A DNA stretch of 63,455 bases, counting the filler, from Reticulomyxa filosa (Eukaryota; Protista; Foraminifera), in the NCBI GenBank assembly GCA_000512085.1. It is 11 parts of 11 records of this genome, joined end to end, with 100 filler letters (N's around TTAATTAATTAA, not from the genome) between each part and the next. Parts side by side here need not be neighbours in the genome. Positions count along the whole stretch, not along the records: positions 23,916 to 26,143 come from ASPP01022231.1; positions 26,244 to 29,988 come from ASPP01021500.1; positions 30,089 to 40,572 come from ASPP01011544.1; 8 more parts are not named here. One strand, written 5' to 3'. Position 1 is the stretch's first letter; each line of letters opens with the position of its first letter. The translations under genes and the position numbers were made by a program. Shown piece by piece: positions 24,649 through 37,980 of the stretch. The notes beneath the pieces are model-generated. The model was not told where the DNA came from and did no database searches. It was given only the letters and a program-made list of their open reading frames with translations.

Positions 24649-26143
24649 CGATGTAGCGTTCTACTCAAACATTTTTGGGTGTCCCCAAACTTTCTGTACA
24701 ACACTAAAGTATCACTCTACAATGCCTACACATTTTTTTAGCAGCTAACATTATCTTAGTGATCAATGTTATATAATGCATGGTGCTAACGTAGAGACTC
24801 GACCGTTTCTAAAATAACAAAACACAAAAAATGCTGTTGGTTAAGATAGAGACAGTACTGTGGCAGTTTTTTCTTAAAAAAAACAACACAGTCTTTTACC
24901 GTATGTACTATTATGCTTTTAAAAAAATGACACCTAAAAAGAAGTCAGATGGAACAACTATAATCATAACAGATTAATTACTTGATAAATAATTAGAAGA
25001 TGCAAGAGCAGCCCAGTAATCAAGGAATCTTTAAGCATTGTTTTTGATATTTAAACGGATTTTGAAAAATTTTCTTGTGAAAATTTTTGAAATTTAACTA
25101 GTTGAGCGAGATCACATTTTTTGTATCGAAAAATTAGCTTATACCTTTGATTCCGCTGAGGCCCAATCGTGGCGAGAAAAGCAAAACGTGTGATGGTAAA
25201 CAGAAGTTAGTTATATTGAAGAAGATGTCACAATTGTAGCTTATCTGATAGCAAAGTGCCGAATTCTTTTTTTAGAGAAACAATATTTAAGTTTTTGTTG
25301 GAAAAAAAAGGTGAAAGGCTGAACTTTTTTGTTTTATAGTTTTGTTGTTTGCTTTTGCATTTTTTTATTCGCTTGATCACTTTTGTTGAATATGATTGAA
25401 ACTACAAAATGAGTTGAGACTTTGAAAGTAACCGCAAAAAAGAAAAAGTTAAGTCGATTTTGCGTGAACAAAAAAAAAAAGAATGTTGGGATTTTAAGCC
25501 AGTAAGTTGACGAACAAAAATATTTGTTTGAGCAACATAAAAAAAAATACAACCCAACAAAAAGTAAAATATCATTCCTAAGGAAACCTTGTTTGTTATC
25601 TCGTATAACATTTAAGGTGCCGAGGATGATAAACATTTTTTTTTTTTATAAGACAAATTTTAAATTTGATTGTTTATTGTTTGTTTGTTTTTAGATGACA
25701 AAAGACAATTAATTCAATGTAAAGAAAAAAATCAATTGTGCAATTTTTTTAAATTATTGTGTGCGTTTTTTTTTTTTGCGAATTTTTTTTAAATATTTAA
25801 ATTGTTTGAAAAGGAATGAAAGACAAAAAAATTGCAATTATTAACGTATAATCATTTTAAGAATAATATTTTTAATTTGATCTTGCAAAAAAAGTATAAT
25901 TTCGAATAGATAAGTGTTACCCTAAATTTATATTGAAATTTTAAGTAATATGACTTGATCAAATTAAACATTAATAATCAGCTTTTCCAATTTATATTTT
26001 GCATTTTACTTAGTAGAGAAAAATTATCTGCAATGAAGATATACATATATATTTTAAAATATACACATTATAGTTATTTGCTTAAGCTTTTAAGTATTCG
26101 ATAAAAAATTTTAGGATGACGTGAGAACATTATAATATTATTT

Positions 26144-26243
26144 NNNNNNNNNNNNNNNNNNNNNNNNNNNNNNNNNNNNNNNNNNNNTTAATTAATTAAN
26201 NNNNNNNNNNNNNNNNNNNNNNNNNNNNNNNNNNNNNNNNNNN
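26144..26243. other. Artificial contig spacer
   Basis: N44-TTAATTAATTAA-N44. Confidence 0.98.
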
Positions 26244-26765
26244 AACGAATAATGTTATTTGAAAAAAAAGACAGCATCCTATTCTTTTTTGAAAATAATA
26301 AAAGTAAAAAGATAATAATCAAATTAATTTAAAAACATTGGGAAAAGAGAATAAGACTCACAACAAGTCCGTTTGTAAAATGTGCACTACAAAAAAAATC
26401 ACCTATACATATATACGTACAAGGCCACAATTATTTCAAAAAAAAAAAAGGGGATAAGCAAGGGCCAAAGTATATCAGAAACTAATTAAAAGTCCAGGAA
26501 TGTGTTTGTAAAATGAGGTTATAATCGACTATTATTGATATATCGTTCTAAATGCTCCAAATGCTCTGAGTGAATTCTTTAGTCAGTATTCACAAGATGG
26601 TAATCATATCACTTCGGATTTAAGTGGGGAAGCATTTATGTTATCCAAAAAATGCGTGACATGTGCACGACCGAAATAAAGCTGATCAAAACCTAAATAA
26701 ATTGGTTGCGTTCCGACATAGTGTGCTGATGTCGCAAGGATAAGTCAATATGTTATTATGGAACA

Positions 26766-27035
26766 CTACACGATATGTGAGTGTGGCCATGCTCGTAATT
26801 CATTCAGTTTGTTTTCTACTAACAACCCCTTGTCGTGAGTGTCCACGTTGTGTCTGTTTGCTGACACCTTCATATATACCCAGTCTTCTGTCGAACAGTT
26901 TTGCACTTGCTTGCACTCAATGCAAGGGTCGTCTGAAGGACATGTGCTCATGTCGCCAGTCGTTACCAGTATCGTCCACAAAACCAAAGTGCTATACCAT
27001 AACGCCCACCACAATGACACGATCTTTTTCAGCAT
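26766..27035 (-). CDS. Small putative secreted Cys-containing protein or gene fragment
   Basis: Hydrophobic N-terminus MLKKIVSLWWALWYSTLVLWTILV followed by CPSDDPCIECKQVQNC. Confidence 0.3.
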   Translation of the reverse strand: MLKKIVSLWWALWYSTLVLWTILVTTGDMSTCPSDDPCIECKQVQNCSTEDWVYMKVSANRHNVDTHDKGLLVENKLNELRAWPHSHIV

Positions 27036-28375
27036 ATTTTTTTTGTTGGTTCTTCAATAACTATTTGTACTTTAAAAGATTATCGATTACAATATCAAAA
27101 TAAATTTTTTTTTAATCTCATGACCCGTTCCGCTCTCATTGTCAAGCCCAAAAAAAAATAACTTTCAATTTTTGTTCAAAAATTACTACACTTTTTATTT
27201 TTTGAAATTATTTTAACTTCAAATTGTAATTTATGTTTCTACATTCATGCACTTTTGTTGCTTTGACGAACTTTTTCTTCCCCTTCATGCTTGTTGCATG
27301 ATAATCTTTATACAATAAAGAAGGTAAGAGATTTTCATAATGTGCTAACGCTTTATTCAATTGTATGCTTACCTTGCTGTCTATCCAGCTAACGCGGCCT
27401 GACAAGCTGTCAGCGTCAGTACCCTGTCTCTCGTATTGTAGGCTCTTGGTGCTCAATGTAGTGCTTTTTCTTAAGACAATTTTCGATGGAGATACTCATC
27501 ACAACATCATGCCCATGCCCAATAGACGTCTTTGGCCTATTGACTACGGCCAGTTGAAGCACTTTTTCAAGGAAGAACTCGCTCACTTGGGCAAACCGAT
27601 CGCAACTCGAAATGGAATTTCAATCCCCAAAAACATGGACCATTACTTCAGCAAAGTCATGACCACAATTGGAGATGGTCGATTGAATAATGATATTTGG
27701 AAAGATGTCGAGAATCAAAGTTCGGAGAATTTTTTCTTGATTTAAAGAACAGTGAGACAACGACAAATACATTTACAAGAGATTGAAGTTGTACAGGTAT
27801 CTTTTTTTGGAGGGATTTCTCATCTTGTTTACTTGTCTACAAATCAAAATGCAACCAATCAATATTTTTTAGATAATCTTTTCTCACCCAATCAAAAAAA
27901 AGTGTAAAACGATTGCGATATACATAATACACAAACACATGCACAGATATGAAAGACGGTGGAATGGCAAGTGAGCATTTTTGCACATGGAGGCTCCGAA
28001 CATTTTGCCCTTTTTTTTTTTGGAAATTGTTAAAACATTTACTATAGCCTCTTTTTTAATTTTTTTAAGATTATCCTTTTTTTTTAGTGTATGTGCATTT
28101 ATCTTTTTCTATTAAAAATTCCTTTCACTTAAACAGACCAAACCTTTTCTGCATTAAATTAATGATGAACACACAAAACAAACTCTACCAAATGCATTTT
28201 CCAATGAATTCGGCATTTCTATAAATCGTTTGCCACCAATTTAAAATTTTACGAATACATTCGTTTATCACAAACTTTTTTTGTCTTGTCTCAAAGTGGC
28301 TTTGTTGCTCTTTGGTGTCCAGTAGAAGTGGAGGGGGAAAACTAGGAGAAAATATTTGTTAGTTATTCACACAAC

Positions 28376-29870
28376 ATGAAAGCGTCGTTGGTGTTGGTGG
28401 TACTGCATGTATTAAATGCATTGGTGGTGCTAAATGCAAATAAGACAAATACAAGCAGTTGCAGCTGGACGAGTGGACAAACACACTTTAACCAACATGG
28501 CAATATGAATATATTGTTGATATCACGTGATATGTTTCTCAAGCACTCGGCCAATTACATATGGAAGTTGGAAATGTGGAAGTATGATCAAAGTCTACAA
28601 ATCTACAACAACGTGGCAAGTGCATCATCATTACAAATTTCCGACATTGAGTCGATGCACTCAGAAAACGAAATTATACGTGTTCTCCAAAGCAATTTTG
28701 TTACCAGTTCAAATGAGTCCAAGAGCAATTTTAACACAAAACTATTGATCATTAATACGTGCACATTCACCAACAAATTCCCATTTAAACAGGCAACATT
28801 CAGGTACATAATAATGATAGGACGAATAAAAAAAAAATGGTCATGAAAAAAAAAAAAAGTGAGGATTACGTATATCAAGAGATGTGTATGTATTTTATTT
28901 TAAAAGAGTCTTTTTAAAAAAAACAAAAATAACAGATTGTTAAAAAATTGCAAAGTGGTGTTAATGATAAGCACGCCATCGTTCAATAGATCGTGCAACA
29001 TCGAGAATCGAGTATGGATTGGAAACGTTGTCTGTGATCAATTGTTCTGGGACAACAAACAAGAAGACAGCCCAACTTCACATCCAAATCACATTGTTCA
29101 ACTTCGCCAGTTGTTTTGTCCAATGCTGCAATGTTAAGTCCTTTTTCTACTTTTTTTTGTTTAAAAAACAAGCAAACAAATTAAAAAAATAAATTAGATT
29201 GTGCGACCACGCAGTGCCGTTGCTAAATGGAAAATGGAATGACAATGCATACTCGGAATGATTGTCTAACCAGCTGCAATTGCTGGGACACACTTTGACG
29301 GAAAGTTCGTCACGTCCTTTCCATGGCACAGACATGCCTTTGGTGTAATAGAAGCGCTGTTAGCGCAAATGGGGAAAGTGGGCGACGACGCAGCCGACGA
29401 ACAAGTCGGTCGTGGTACCCACCATCATTTATGCAAACTAGCGCCATATTCACAAAGGCGTGTTCTCATAAGGCACTTAGCCTCATCGCACTCAATAGAC
29501 AAGCTCGCATTGCAAAATTTTTTTATTTCTGCATTGCTCCAACTCTAATCAATACACTTGCAGCTAACTAATCAAATTATCAGCGGTGCACAATGCATTA
29601 AATTCTCCACCCCATTGCTGTCAATTGAATTTGTCGACGATATCATGGACAGTGACAAGTTACTTTTGTTTTTTTTCTTTGTTGTTGTTCAATAATAAAT
29701 ATTATTTTTTTGCTTGTTATTTGCTTATAGAAAATACTTATGGAGCAATGCAATGGCAAGCAATGTTGATGAAAGTGTTGTTGAATTGGATAACATCAAC
29801 GACGAATGAATATTATATCCACTTTGTGGCTTGTAGTGCGATAGGTGCATTGCGATTACATGGCATCAGG
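28376..29870 (+). pseudogene. Decayed secreted/surface protein gene with C-type-lectin-like motifs
   Basis: Signal-peptide-like MKASLVLVVLHVLNALVVL; fragments RVWIG (~29010) and LNGKWND (~29225-29245) interrupted by stops and frame changes. Confidence 0.3.
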
Positions 29871-29988
29871 TAATTCTTTTGCTTTTCTATGTTCAATTTA
29901 TAACTGTGTATTGTGTGTTTATTTAAATAGAATAATCAAATTGAATTGAAAAAAAAGAAAAAAAAGAAAATGGGGTAGCAACCACCCC

Positions 29989-30088
29989 NNNNNNNNNNNN
30001 NNNNNNNNNNNNNNNNNNNNNNNNNNNNNNNNTTAATTAATTAANNNNNNNNNNNNNNNNNNNNNNNNNNNNNNNNNNNNNNNNNNNN
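29989..30088. other. Artificial contig spacer
   Basis: N44-TTAATTAATTAA-N44. Confidence 0.98.
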
Positions 30089-30121
30089 AATAATAATAAT
30101 AATAATAATAACAGTCATTCA

Positions 30122-32087
30122 ATGAATTGGTATTTCGTTTTGAGCGCAGCTACAATTTGTTATATCGTTTTGCCTTATATTGGAAACATTGTCTATTTTC
30201 TCAAGCTCCAAAAGAAGTGGGGAAACGATATACGTATTCACACGCATGTACGGGGTTGGCTTGCGCAATGGGGGGTACACTTGCTCCTGATGAACTTGCT
30301 GAGCGGGGGAATGACCGTCGGCGTGGAGTTATGCAACAGCAATTGCTTTGGTTGGGATCTGTTTGCAATGGGTTTGACTGAAAGATATTTGAAAAAGCTA
30401 TCAATCTTTCGAGTTTGCATCAATGTCGTCTTCGAAAATATTCCATCGTTGGCATGCCAATTACTGTTTACGTATGTTTGGAATGACTCCAAATGGGAAG
30501 TAATTACCACTTGGGCGGCTGTAATCACCTGCACTTCTGTCGCTTGGGATCTGTTCCACTTTTATCGAAGCTCAACCGTATTTTGTCGACATACTACTTA
30601 TTTCGGCGAGGAACATACCACATTTGACATGCAATTGCACGGCTCTCACAGTCCAATTGCAAACCAGAACGCAGCCGATTGGAACTGGGATTGGGATGAC
30701 TTTGAATTCAATCGCAAGTACTTAGTATTGAGACCCTTGGCTTTGAAACGCGCCATTGCCAAGTGCCTACAGTTGCACGCAAGCCACGTTGAAATTAATC
30801 ATTCCATTTTAGTTAACAACGGAGGCATTCAAATTGGATTCACCATTTTCAATTTTCAAAAGAATCTTGTGCAATTGACTGATGCTATCGTCTCTTGCTG
30901 TGATCAACAATCGCTCCAACAGGTTTTTTTCCAAAAAAAAAAATAAAAGGGGCAGGGCAATATAATGAAATCATATTCAAATGTAACGTATTGCGTGTTT
31001 GACATGTAAGGCCATTGGAGAACATTGGGAATTGCACACAAAAATGGTGCACATCGCGGCAGTCCATGTGATGGACGAAACAGGACACTTCCAAAGCGTT
31101 TGGCCTTCGAGTAACAGAAAAATTGGCCGCTTTTCCCATTTTCAGAGTTTCATGTTGTTATCGCCGCGTTGTGACAACGACAGCGCTGTAGTTACAATAC
31201 CTCATACCGAGCTACTGAGAACTGGCCGTGATGTGGCCAGTATCGAAATGGTGGATAATCTGTCGATGGTCGCCACAGTGAAAAACAATGTAGCCGACAT
31301 GATCGAATTGCGCTCCAAAGATAGAAGCGATGTGGCTGTGAACAACACGTTGGTAGAATCAAGTAAATCCGTACAAATATCAAGCGATGACAAGTATCAT
31401 AACGTCAATCTATGGAATTGCGAAAGCTGTACTTTTTCAAATAATCCTAATGCTGATACTTGCACCAGGTGTGGAGATCCTCGACAACCACAGCCTGATC
31501 ACATAATTGCTGATTCCAATCTTATACCAACAATCGGGTCGGAATTTGAACATGTAGTGCAACCAGATGAACTGACGGTTTAAAACTATTCAACTTTTGT
31601 TTTTTTGACAACATTTTGTCGAACAATGTTTTTGATATATTGCACAGATGATTGCAAATCCACAAGAACAGCAAGAAATGAAAATTGATGAAACAAATAT
31701 GCATGAGCAGTTGCCATATTTTAGCGTAAATAAGGAAGTCGATGACTCGCATACGAACAAACAAAATGGAATAGATACTGACACTTCTAAAAATAAAGAG
31801 CCATCTATCAAAGTTTTTGCAATAGATAATGAACCACTTCCCGCGTTCAGGTAGCGCTTTCTTTTTTTAAGTTTTTTAACACTAAACCAAATGATCCTGA
31901 CAAAAAAACTGAAAAATAAAATAAAAGCGAATTTCTCTTCTTTCAAGATAAGATAACATCAAATGTTAGTATTCACTACGAATCCGAGGCATCAGCAAAA
32001 GAAGGTGTCAAAAGAGACGAATCCGAAAATAATATAATTTATGAGTGGGCTTTGAATGCGGAAGACATTGATGAAGAGTTCATATAA
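30122..32087 (+). CDS. Multi-pass membrane protein (XK-related-like ENIPxLxxQ motif) with a cytoplasmic RanBP2/NZF zinc finger; multi-exon, probably 5'-partial
   Basis: TM segments with VVFENIPSLACQLLF; zinc finger WNCESCTFSNNPNADTCTRCG at ~31413-31475; later exons at ~31628-31850 and ~31948-32087. Confidence 0.65.
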
Positions 32088-32287
32088 TAAGCCAAATGTG
32101 TGTTAGTTTTGTATTTTGTTGTTCCATTAATTTTTTTATAAATTGTTTGGACATTTGAGTTGGATGAGTTATGATGTTGTCAAACACATATTGTTAGAGA
32201 AAGCTTTGCATAATCTGTTGACAAAATTTTTACTTTTAAGTATATCATCCAATAATTATACAGTATATTGCAAAAAAAGCTTAAATA

Positions 32288-33333
32288 TAGTATAATGCAA
32301 AAGAAAGTTGACACATAAAATAGCACATTGTATATATATAATTAATTTTCTTCATGAAAAAACAACATTCATACATAATTATTGAAAAATTTGAACATTT
32401 TATGATTTTTCAAAATGTTTGAGAAAAATTTGACAATCGTGCGCATAGTAACCATGAAATTTGCCAACTTTTTTTTAAGCATTTTCAAAAAATATTCGAC
32501 AGTAATATTTTCCTCCATTTTGTTTTAAAAGATAACAAGATTTCACAATGAAAACGAATAAACAAAATTTGTTTAAAAATACATTAAAATAAAAATAAAA
32601 TATAGTTTAAAAGACAAAAATAAATGACAGAAAGCTGTTTTGTGTTAAGAATATTGTAATTTAAGTGACAACTTTTCAACATATCAATTTTTCAACCATT
32701 TTCTCTGTCATAATAAACGAAATAAATATTGCTTAAAAATAAAGCAAAAAAGAGTTTTCAAAAATTTTTTTTTCTAAAATAAATTTCATCTTGGTCATTG
32801 TAACTATTTTAGAAAATAAAAAAGAACATAAACAATAATTTATAAAAAGCTTATATTGCAAGCACATACTGTAGACTGCTGAACTCTAAATTGCATGAGG
32901 AGTGTCCAGTAAGTTAAACTCTTTTCAATTTTTTGTTGCTTTCTTTCTTTTCTTGTTGTTAATTATTCTTTATTTAACTCATTTTTGTTTTATTGGAAAC
33001 TTCTATCAATAAAAGCATCTGTCGTATTACACTTACAGCTTCTGCACCTGAGCTTCCTACAAGCTGTAAATACGAAACAAAAAATAATAATACAAAAATA
33101 AATGCACAAACAGTCAAAAATAAAAAAAAGGCAAAATTCAAAAAAAAATTGTCAAAACTTAAAAAGAAGTAATTCTTTAAAACGAAAATTATTTATTTTT
33201 CAAACAATTATTAAAGATTTAAAAACAAAAATTATATTTAAAAACTACACTGTTTGTAGATCTTTTTCTTTAAAAAAAAAATTATGATTGAATGTTGTTT
33301 TTTCATGAAGAAAATCAATTATCTTTATACAAT
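32288..33333. mobile_element. Degenerate non-autonomous relative of the Tc1 element at 9953-11014
   Basis: Left end TA|TAGTATAATGCAAAAGAAAGTTGACAC..TTCATGAAAAAACAACATT resembles the TIR; inverted copy AATGTTGTTTTTTCATGAAGAAAA..TATACAAT at ~33281-33333 lacks the outer end; subterminal block 32425-32495 matches the reverse complement of ~10750-10820. Confidence 0.7.
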
Positions 33334-33839
33334 ATAAAAATGATAAGTACGTAATGAACTATACTTACCTTGTTCAATCATTTTTGCAAATCACATTATT
33401 CTAAATTTTAAAATATATAAATATATAAGCGTTCCCCAAAAATGAACACATCAATTACACTTTTTAAAATTTTTTTGAAAGTATAATTTATCGATTTGCA
33501 GTTGAAAACTTATGTATTTTTGTGAAAATGTACAAATTTTCAGTCTTAAGGATAAACAGATGGAAGAGAATATACACCAACACAACAGCTACATTACAGT
33601 CATCACTTCTAGTAGCCAAAGTTTTGAGCAATCTTATAGTTTTTTACGCGACTATATGAACTTTTTGTTTCAATATTCTTTTCAAAAGAAATAGAAAGCT
33701 TTTGACAGTGTTAAAGTTTTTATTGGAGGAGCTTTGTGAAATTTGATATTTACGTAATCATATTGCGGAACTTTTACTGTCCTTTTCGGTGGTAAAGGGA
33801 CACTAGATAAAAATATTTTAAAAGACACTGACGATTAGA

Positions 33840-34521
33840 ATGGATCAAACAAACTCTTCGAATACTGCCATCGGATCTTCGATGTTGGAATGGTTAGATT
33901 GTCTTTTCTAAGAAAAATTGCTATGATCCCTTTTGTGTTGCTGATGACTTACCAAACTAGGAACCAACAAATACACAATAAAATTCGGGCCAACAACGTC
34001 ACAATTGCCAAGAACGGAGAGGTTTGAATTGAAAAGTTTATTTTATTTTGTTGCATACACTCCGTAACAATCCAAATTGTGGATCAACAGAAACTGCAGC
34101 AAGACTACTTGAAATTAATTAGCCAAGTAACGGACAAATATTATAGTGCAGTAAATTTAAATGTAGCGTTACAAAACATTCCATTGTTGATAAATGAGAT
34201 AGACTCCATGAAGCTGAGTGTAGAAATAATATGCAACAAAGTGATGCTACTCGATCAATTACTGACAGACAATCTAATCGACAACCAACATGCTAATATT
34301 CGCAAAGAACAAGACACACAAGCATTGGCAGTCGAAAAAACGACCGAAATGTGGAAGTTAAATTAAGATTAAATTTTTTTTGCAAAAGGAAATACGTTTT
34401 CATTTGGATTGATGAATGATTTTTGCACAGGCAAAAATTGCTGAAAGCAGAAGCGGATTTGAAAGAACAACATCGAAACTTAAAAATAGCAGAGTTGGCA
34501 AAAAGACAAAAGAAAGAATGA
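33840..34521 (+). CDS. Dysbindin-like (BLOC-1 subunit) coiled-coil protein; multi-exon
   Basis: Spliced reading IGSSMLEWNQQIHNKIRANNVTIAKNGE..VDQ..ALQNIPLLINEIDSM..KQKLLKAEADLKEQH resembles the dysbindin pattern (GxxLL..H..GExVD..LQQLPxLIxxLESM..AELDAEH). Confidence 0.5.
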
Positions 34522-35039
34522 ACTTCTTTTTTCTTAATCACTGTCGTGCGTTTTATTACCATTGTATGGAAAATACGCACTCAATAAAGCTTTTTTCTTT
34601 CAAATGAACTAAGTAAAGCAATACAGCAAGTAATATGATAAAATCAAATTGGAAACTTTTGCGATTTTATTTTCTATCATATTTGATACTTAATTTTTTG
34701 CTCATATTTGTTATTTTATTTTCTCTGAAAAACGTTGCCACGCAAATACACATATCAAACATTATGTGCTCTAACGCCTTTACGATCACAAAATTTGAAA
34801 TAAATTTCATGCCAAAGATAAATTAAATGCTTTCCTTTGTAATTTTTTCAAGCATTTTAGAACAAATTGTACCGGGCATTTATTCCTTTGTTCTAAAATA
34901 GATTTTTTTTTCCTTGAGTATTTCAAGAAAGAGCTTATCGAGATATATTGAGAAAAGTTTTTTCAATTTTTAAAACTTTTTGTTTTTTCAACCCAATAGT
35001 AATTTATTGTCACATATTGCCAGGGCGATTTTTCATATT

Positions 35040-36590
35040 TTACAGTTGAGTGTCCACAAGCGACGGGAACAAGTTCTGTATTTCTTTTAAAATTATATCA
35101 TAATTTTTGATGAAAAGAACATCAAGTAGATCAACACCCAAGGTTTCACTTTCTATTTGTTTGTTCAGTCTGGCTTGCTCACTTCCATCATTATCCATTA
35201 TAAAAATTTTTATAATTGGGATTTTAACTGCTCGATAGGACAAAATATCAGAAATTCTGTTGCCAAAGCCTGCATAAAATGGTAAATATAGTTCGCTAGC
35301 TTGTCTTTTGTATTGAAACAGGTCAAACAAGTGTCGCAACGCAGGGATCTTGAAATCCTATTTAAAAAAAATTTAACATGTAGAACAAATATAGTAGTGG
35401 CTAGATCTGTTTGGACACAAAAAAATACCTGCGGTGCCTTTTGGATGAGCTCTCTTTTCAAGGATGCCCAGGTCGAATTTGGAGCCAACAATAGTGGACC
35501 CAAAGGTAGTTGTTGGATGACATTGTCTTGTTGTTGTGAGACATATTCAAATAAGAATTGCTTTGTATTTACACACAAATTCATGCTGCGAGCGCTTAAA
35601 TACACAATATGATAGCCACGACGGGCGATACTATCCAAAAGGGAAATAACATGTTCATGAGACCAATCATAGCCCATGTAGTGCATTACCTGTCCGCGAG
35701 CATCCGTTTTGGTAATGGTTCCATCGACATCCGTGATAACAATTTGGCAGTTGTTATCCCAAACGTACATCTCACATTCTAGGGTCGGTAACAAGACTTT
35801 GTCATCACTAAGGATAGACGGTGATGCATTAATGTCAATCACAGTAAAAACGATTCGGTTTCGTCCTTCGCGCAACTTCATCTGTTCTAACATGTGTGAA
35901 GTGGGTGTACGTAGCATTACAAACACTTCATCTTCCAAAAATTCCATTTCCGAATCCGACATTGACTCTTTTGCTTCATTCTCTGTTTCAACCTTGTCTG
36001 CTTTTATATTTTCTGTACTTTTGTCCACTACTACCGAAACTTGTTCTTTGGCTTCATCTCGCGAAGTTACAGTTGACGTTGAGGCTGAAGTCGATGTTGA
36101 TATTGTTGTGGTTACTGACGTCGACGTCGAGGTGGCTGTAATTGTTGTCTTGCTGGGCGACGTTCCGTAAAGCCAGTTCCTCAAGCGCTCTCTTCTACTT
36201 AGATTTGGCTTGTTACTCTCCTCACTTGTTGCTGTATTCTTCATTTGTTCCTATGCTCCCACCCCACAATTTTTTTAGATAGTTTTTTTTTTGGAACATT
36301 CCGAAAAAAAAAAATTTGCATACTGGCATTAAATCATGAAAATATGCCCACCCATCTTTGTTCAATGACATTGAGACATTCTCGACAAGTGCATCATTCA
36401 CGTGAAGCAACACTTTCTTTTTTGTTGGCCCTTCTATTCCAACAAAACCAAAGCGAACGTAAAATGGGGTCGATAAATACATGGCCGAGTTGTCATCTGC
36501 TTTTTCTTCGCTAATACTTGACGATGGACATTTTATCACAATGATATCAATTGTACCAGCACTTGGCGACTTAAATGATTTTAAGGTCCT
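35040..36590 (-). CDS. PAH1: Lipin / phosphatidate phosphatase (N-LIP + LNS2 HAD domain); multi-exon
   Basis: N-LIP GTIDIIVI..STPFYVRFG; HAD motif VITDVDGTITKTD; YLSAR, GPLLLAP, FYAGFGNRISD. Confidence 0.92.
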
Positions 36591-37237
36591 GTCATTATGT
36601 TTTTTGGTTGTTTTAATTTAATTCAATCAAAAAACACTATTCGGTTTTAACCTTCACTGAAGCTTCGCTCAAGTTTTTAACTCTGAAAATTTTGTGTAAG
36701 TTTTCTTTGCAAAATTTGTCAACGTCATCTTGTTATTCAATGCGTAACTTATACAAATATCACCCAAAGGCAACGGTCTAATGGACTAAAAACTTTTTTT
36801 TAGGGGCTATATAAATTGAGCCTTTCTTTAATTTCTTTGCTTTATGTTATATTAGCCACGGCTTTGTTTCTACCGTGAAAGTAACATGATAAAGAGTAAA
36901 AACAAAAAGCAGAGGGTCCATTTTTTGTAAATGAATGTTCGCTTACATAAACAATAAATAAGTTATTTCGTTGGGACGAGTTTTTAATATTTCATAAATA
37001 TTATACAACAAGGGGAGCGTTCGTGTGGTCTGTTAGTCTAAAGAATTTTATCCTAGCAAGACAATCAAAAAGGGACAGCTAAAGAGAGTAAATACAAAAC
37101 ATTTGCGTAAGAAAGAAATGATTCGAAGCAATAGATAAAAATGATGTTTATTCAACTACATCATTCACAAGTATATTAAAAATTGATTTTTTTTGTTCAG
37201 AATTTTTGTGAATAAAGAGAATATCATCAAAAAAATT

Positions 37238-37747
37238 CTAATAATGTGGAACGAAATTTGCTGCCATGATATGCGCCATGACAATACAAATACAAATGAC
37301 AATGGATATCCACCCCCATACTGGCCAGATACTAATAATAAACGTGACCATGGCCACAAATCCAAACAAAAGCATTGCTTTGATATGTTCAGGGTGAGTA
37401 ACATTGTAATCATCAGGTCGTTCTCGCTTGCAAATTGGCAAAAAACATGCGAGATAAAACATCAACGATAAGACTCCTAGCCATGATAAGGCACTACAAT
37501 AAAACAATGGGCGAATTATTCGACGGTCAATTCGAACCACTCGAACAAGATCGCTATAGCTGATAACAAATATGCCTGCTAAAACCCAAAATGCACTGTG
37601 AATGTAATTATTGATTTTTCGTCCCCAGCGTCTCCCTCCGCTAACATCTTCTAGATTATCTCTCAAGTCCTCGCTGTCTTCGACTGTTGACACGCGGCTA
37701 TATTGAGAACGATTTACTTTTCGCTGTTGAAGCTCCAGTTTGCTTTC
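37238..37747 (-). CDS. TMEM128: Transmembrane protein 128 homologue
   Basis: IHSAFWVLA, FYLACFL, DYNVTHP and ISIWPVWGW match the TMEM128 pattern (IHSGFWILA..YDVKYP..ALWHVWS); four TM segments. Start codon lies on an unresolved upstream exon. Confidence 0.8.
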   Translation of the reverse strand, partial: ESKLELQQRKVNRSQYSRVSTVEDSEDLRDNLEDVSGGRRWGRKINNYIHSAFWVLAGIFVISYSDLVRVVRIDRRIIRPLFYCSALSWLGVLSLMFYLACFLPICKRERPDDYNVTHPEHIKAMLLFGFVAMVTFIISIWPVWGWISIVICICIVMAHIMAANFVPHY

Positions 37748-37980
37748 TTAATAATTGTTTATAGATGAATCCTCAACAAAGGGTTCTCTTCCCCCTTTTC
37801 TCTGAGTTTTTTTTAAAAAATGTTACAGTATTTCAAAAGTGTGTATGTTTGTACATCGAAAAGAAAATATGCCAACAGCTTAGGAAATGCACATCATTGA
37901 CAAAAATAAAATAAAACCGTTTCATTTTTATGACTGTTCCCAAAGGTCGGACACAAGTAAAAGTAGATCACTGAGATGAA

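Noticed and set aside
21179-24748. Many overlapping Phe/Leu/Ser-rich ORFs
   Set aside because: Antisense or off-frame shadows of Glu/Lys-rich minus-strand exons.
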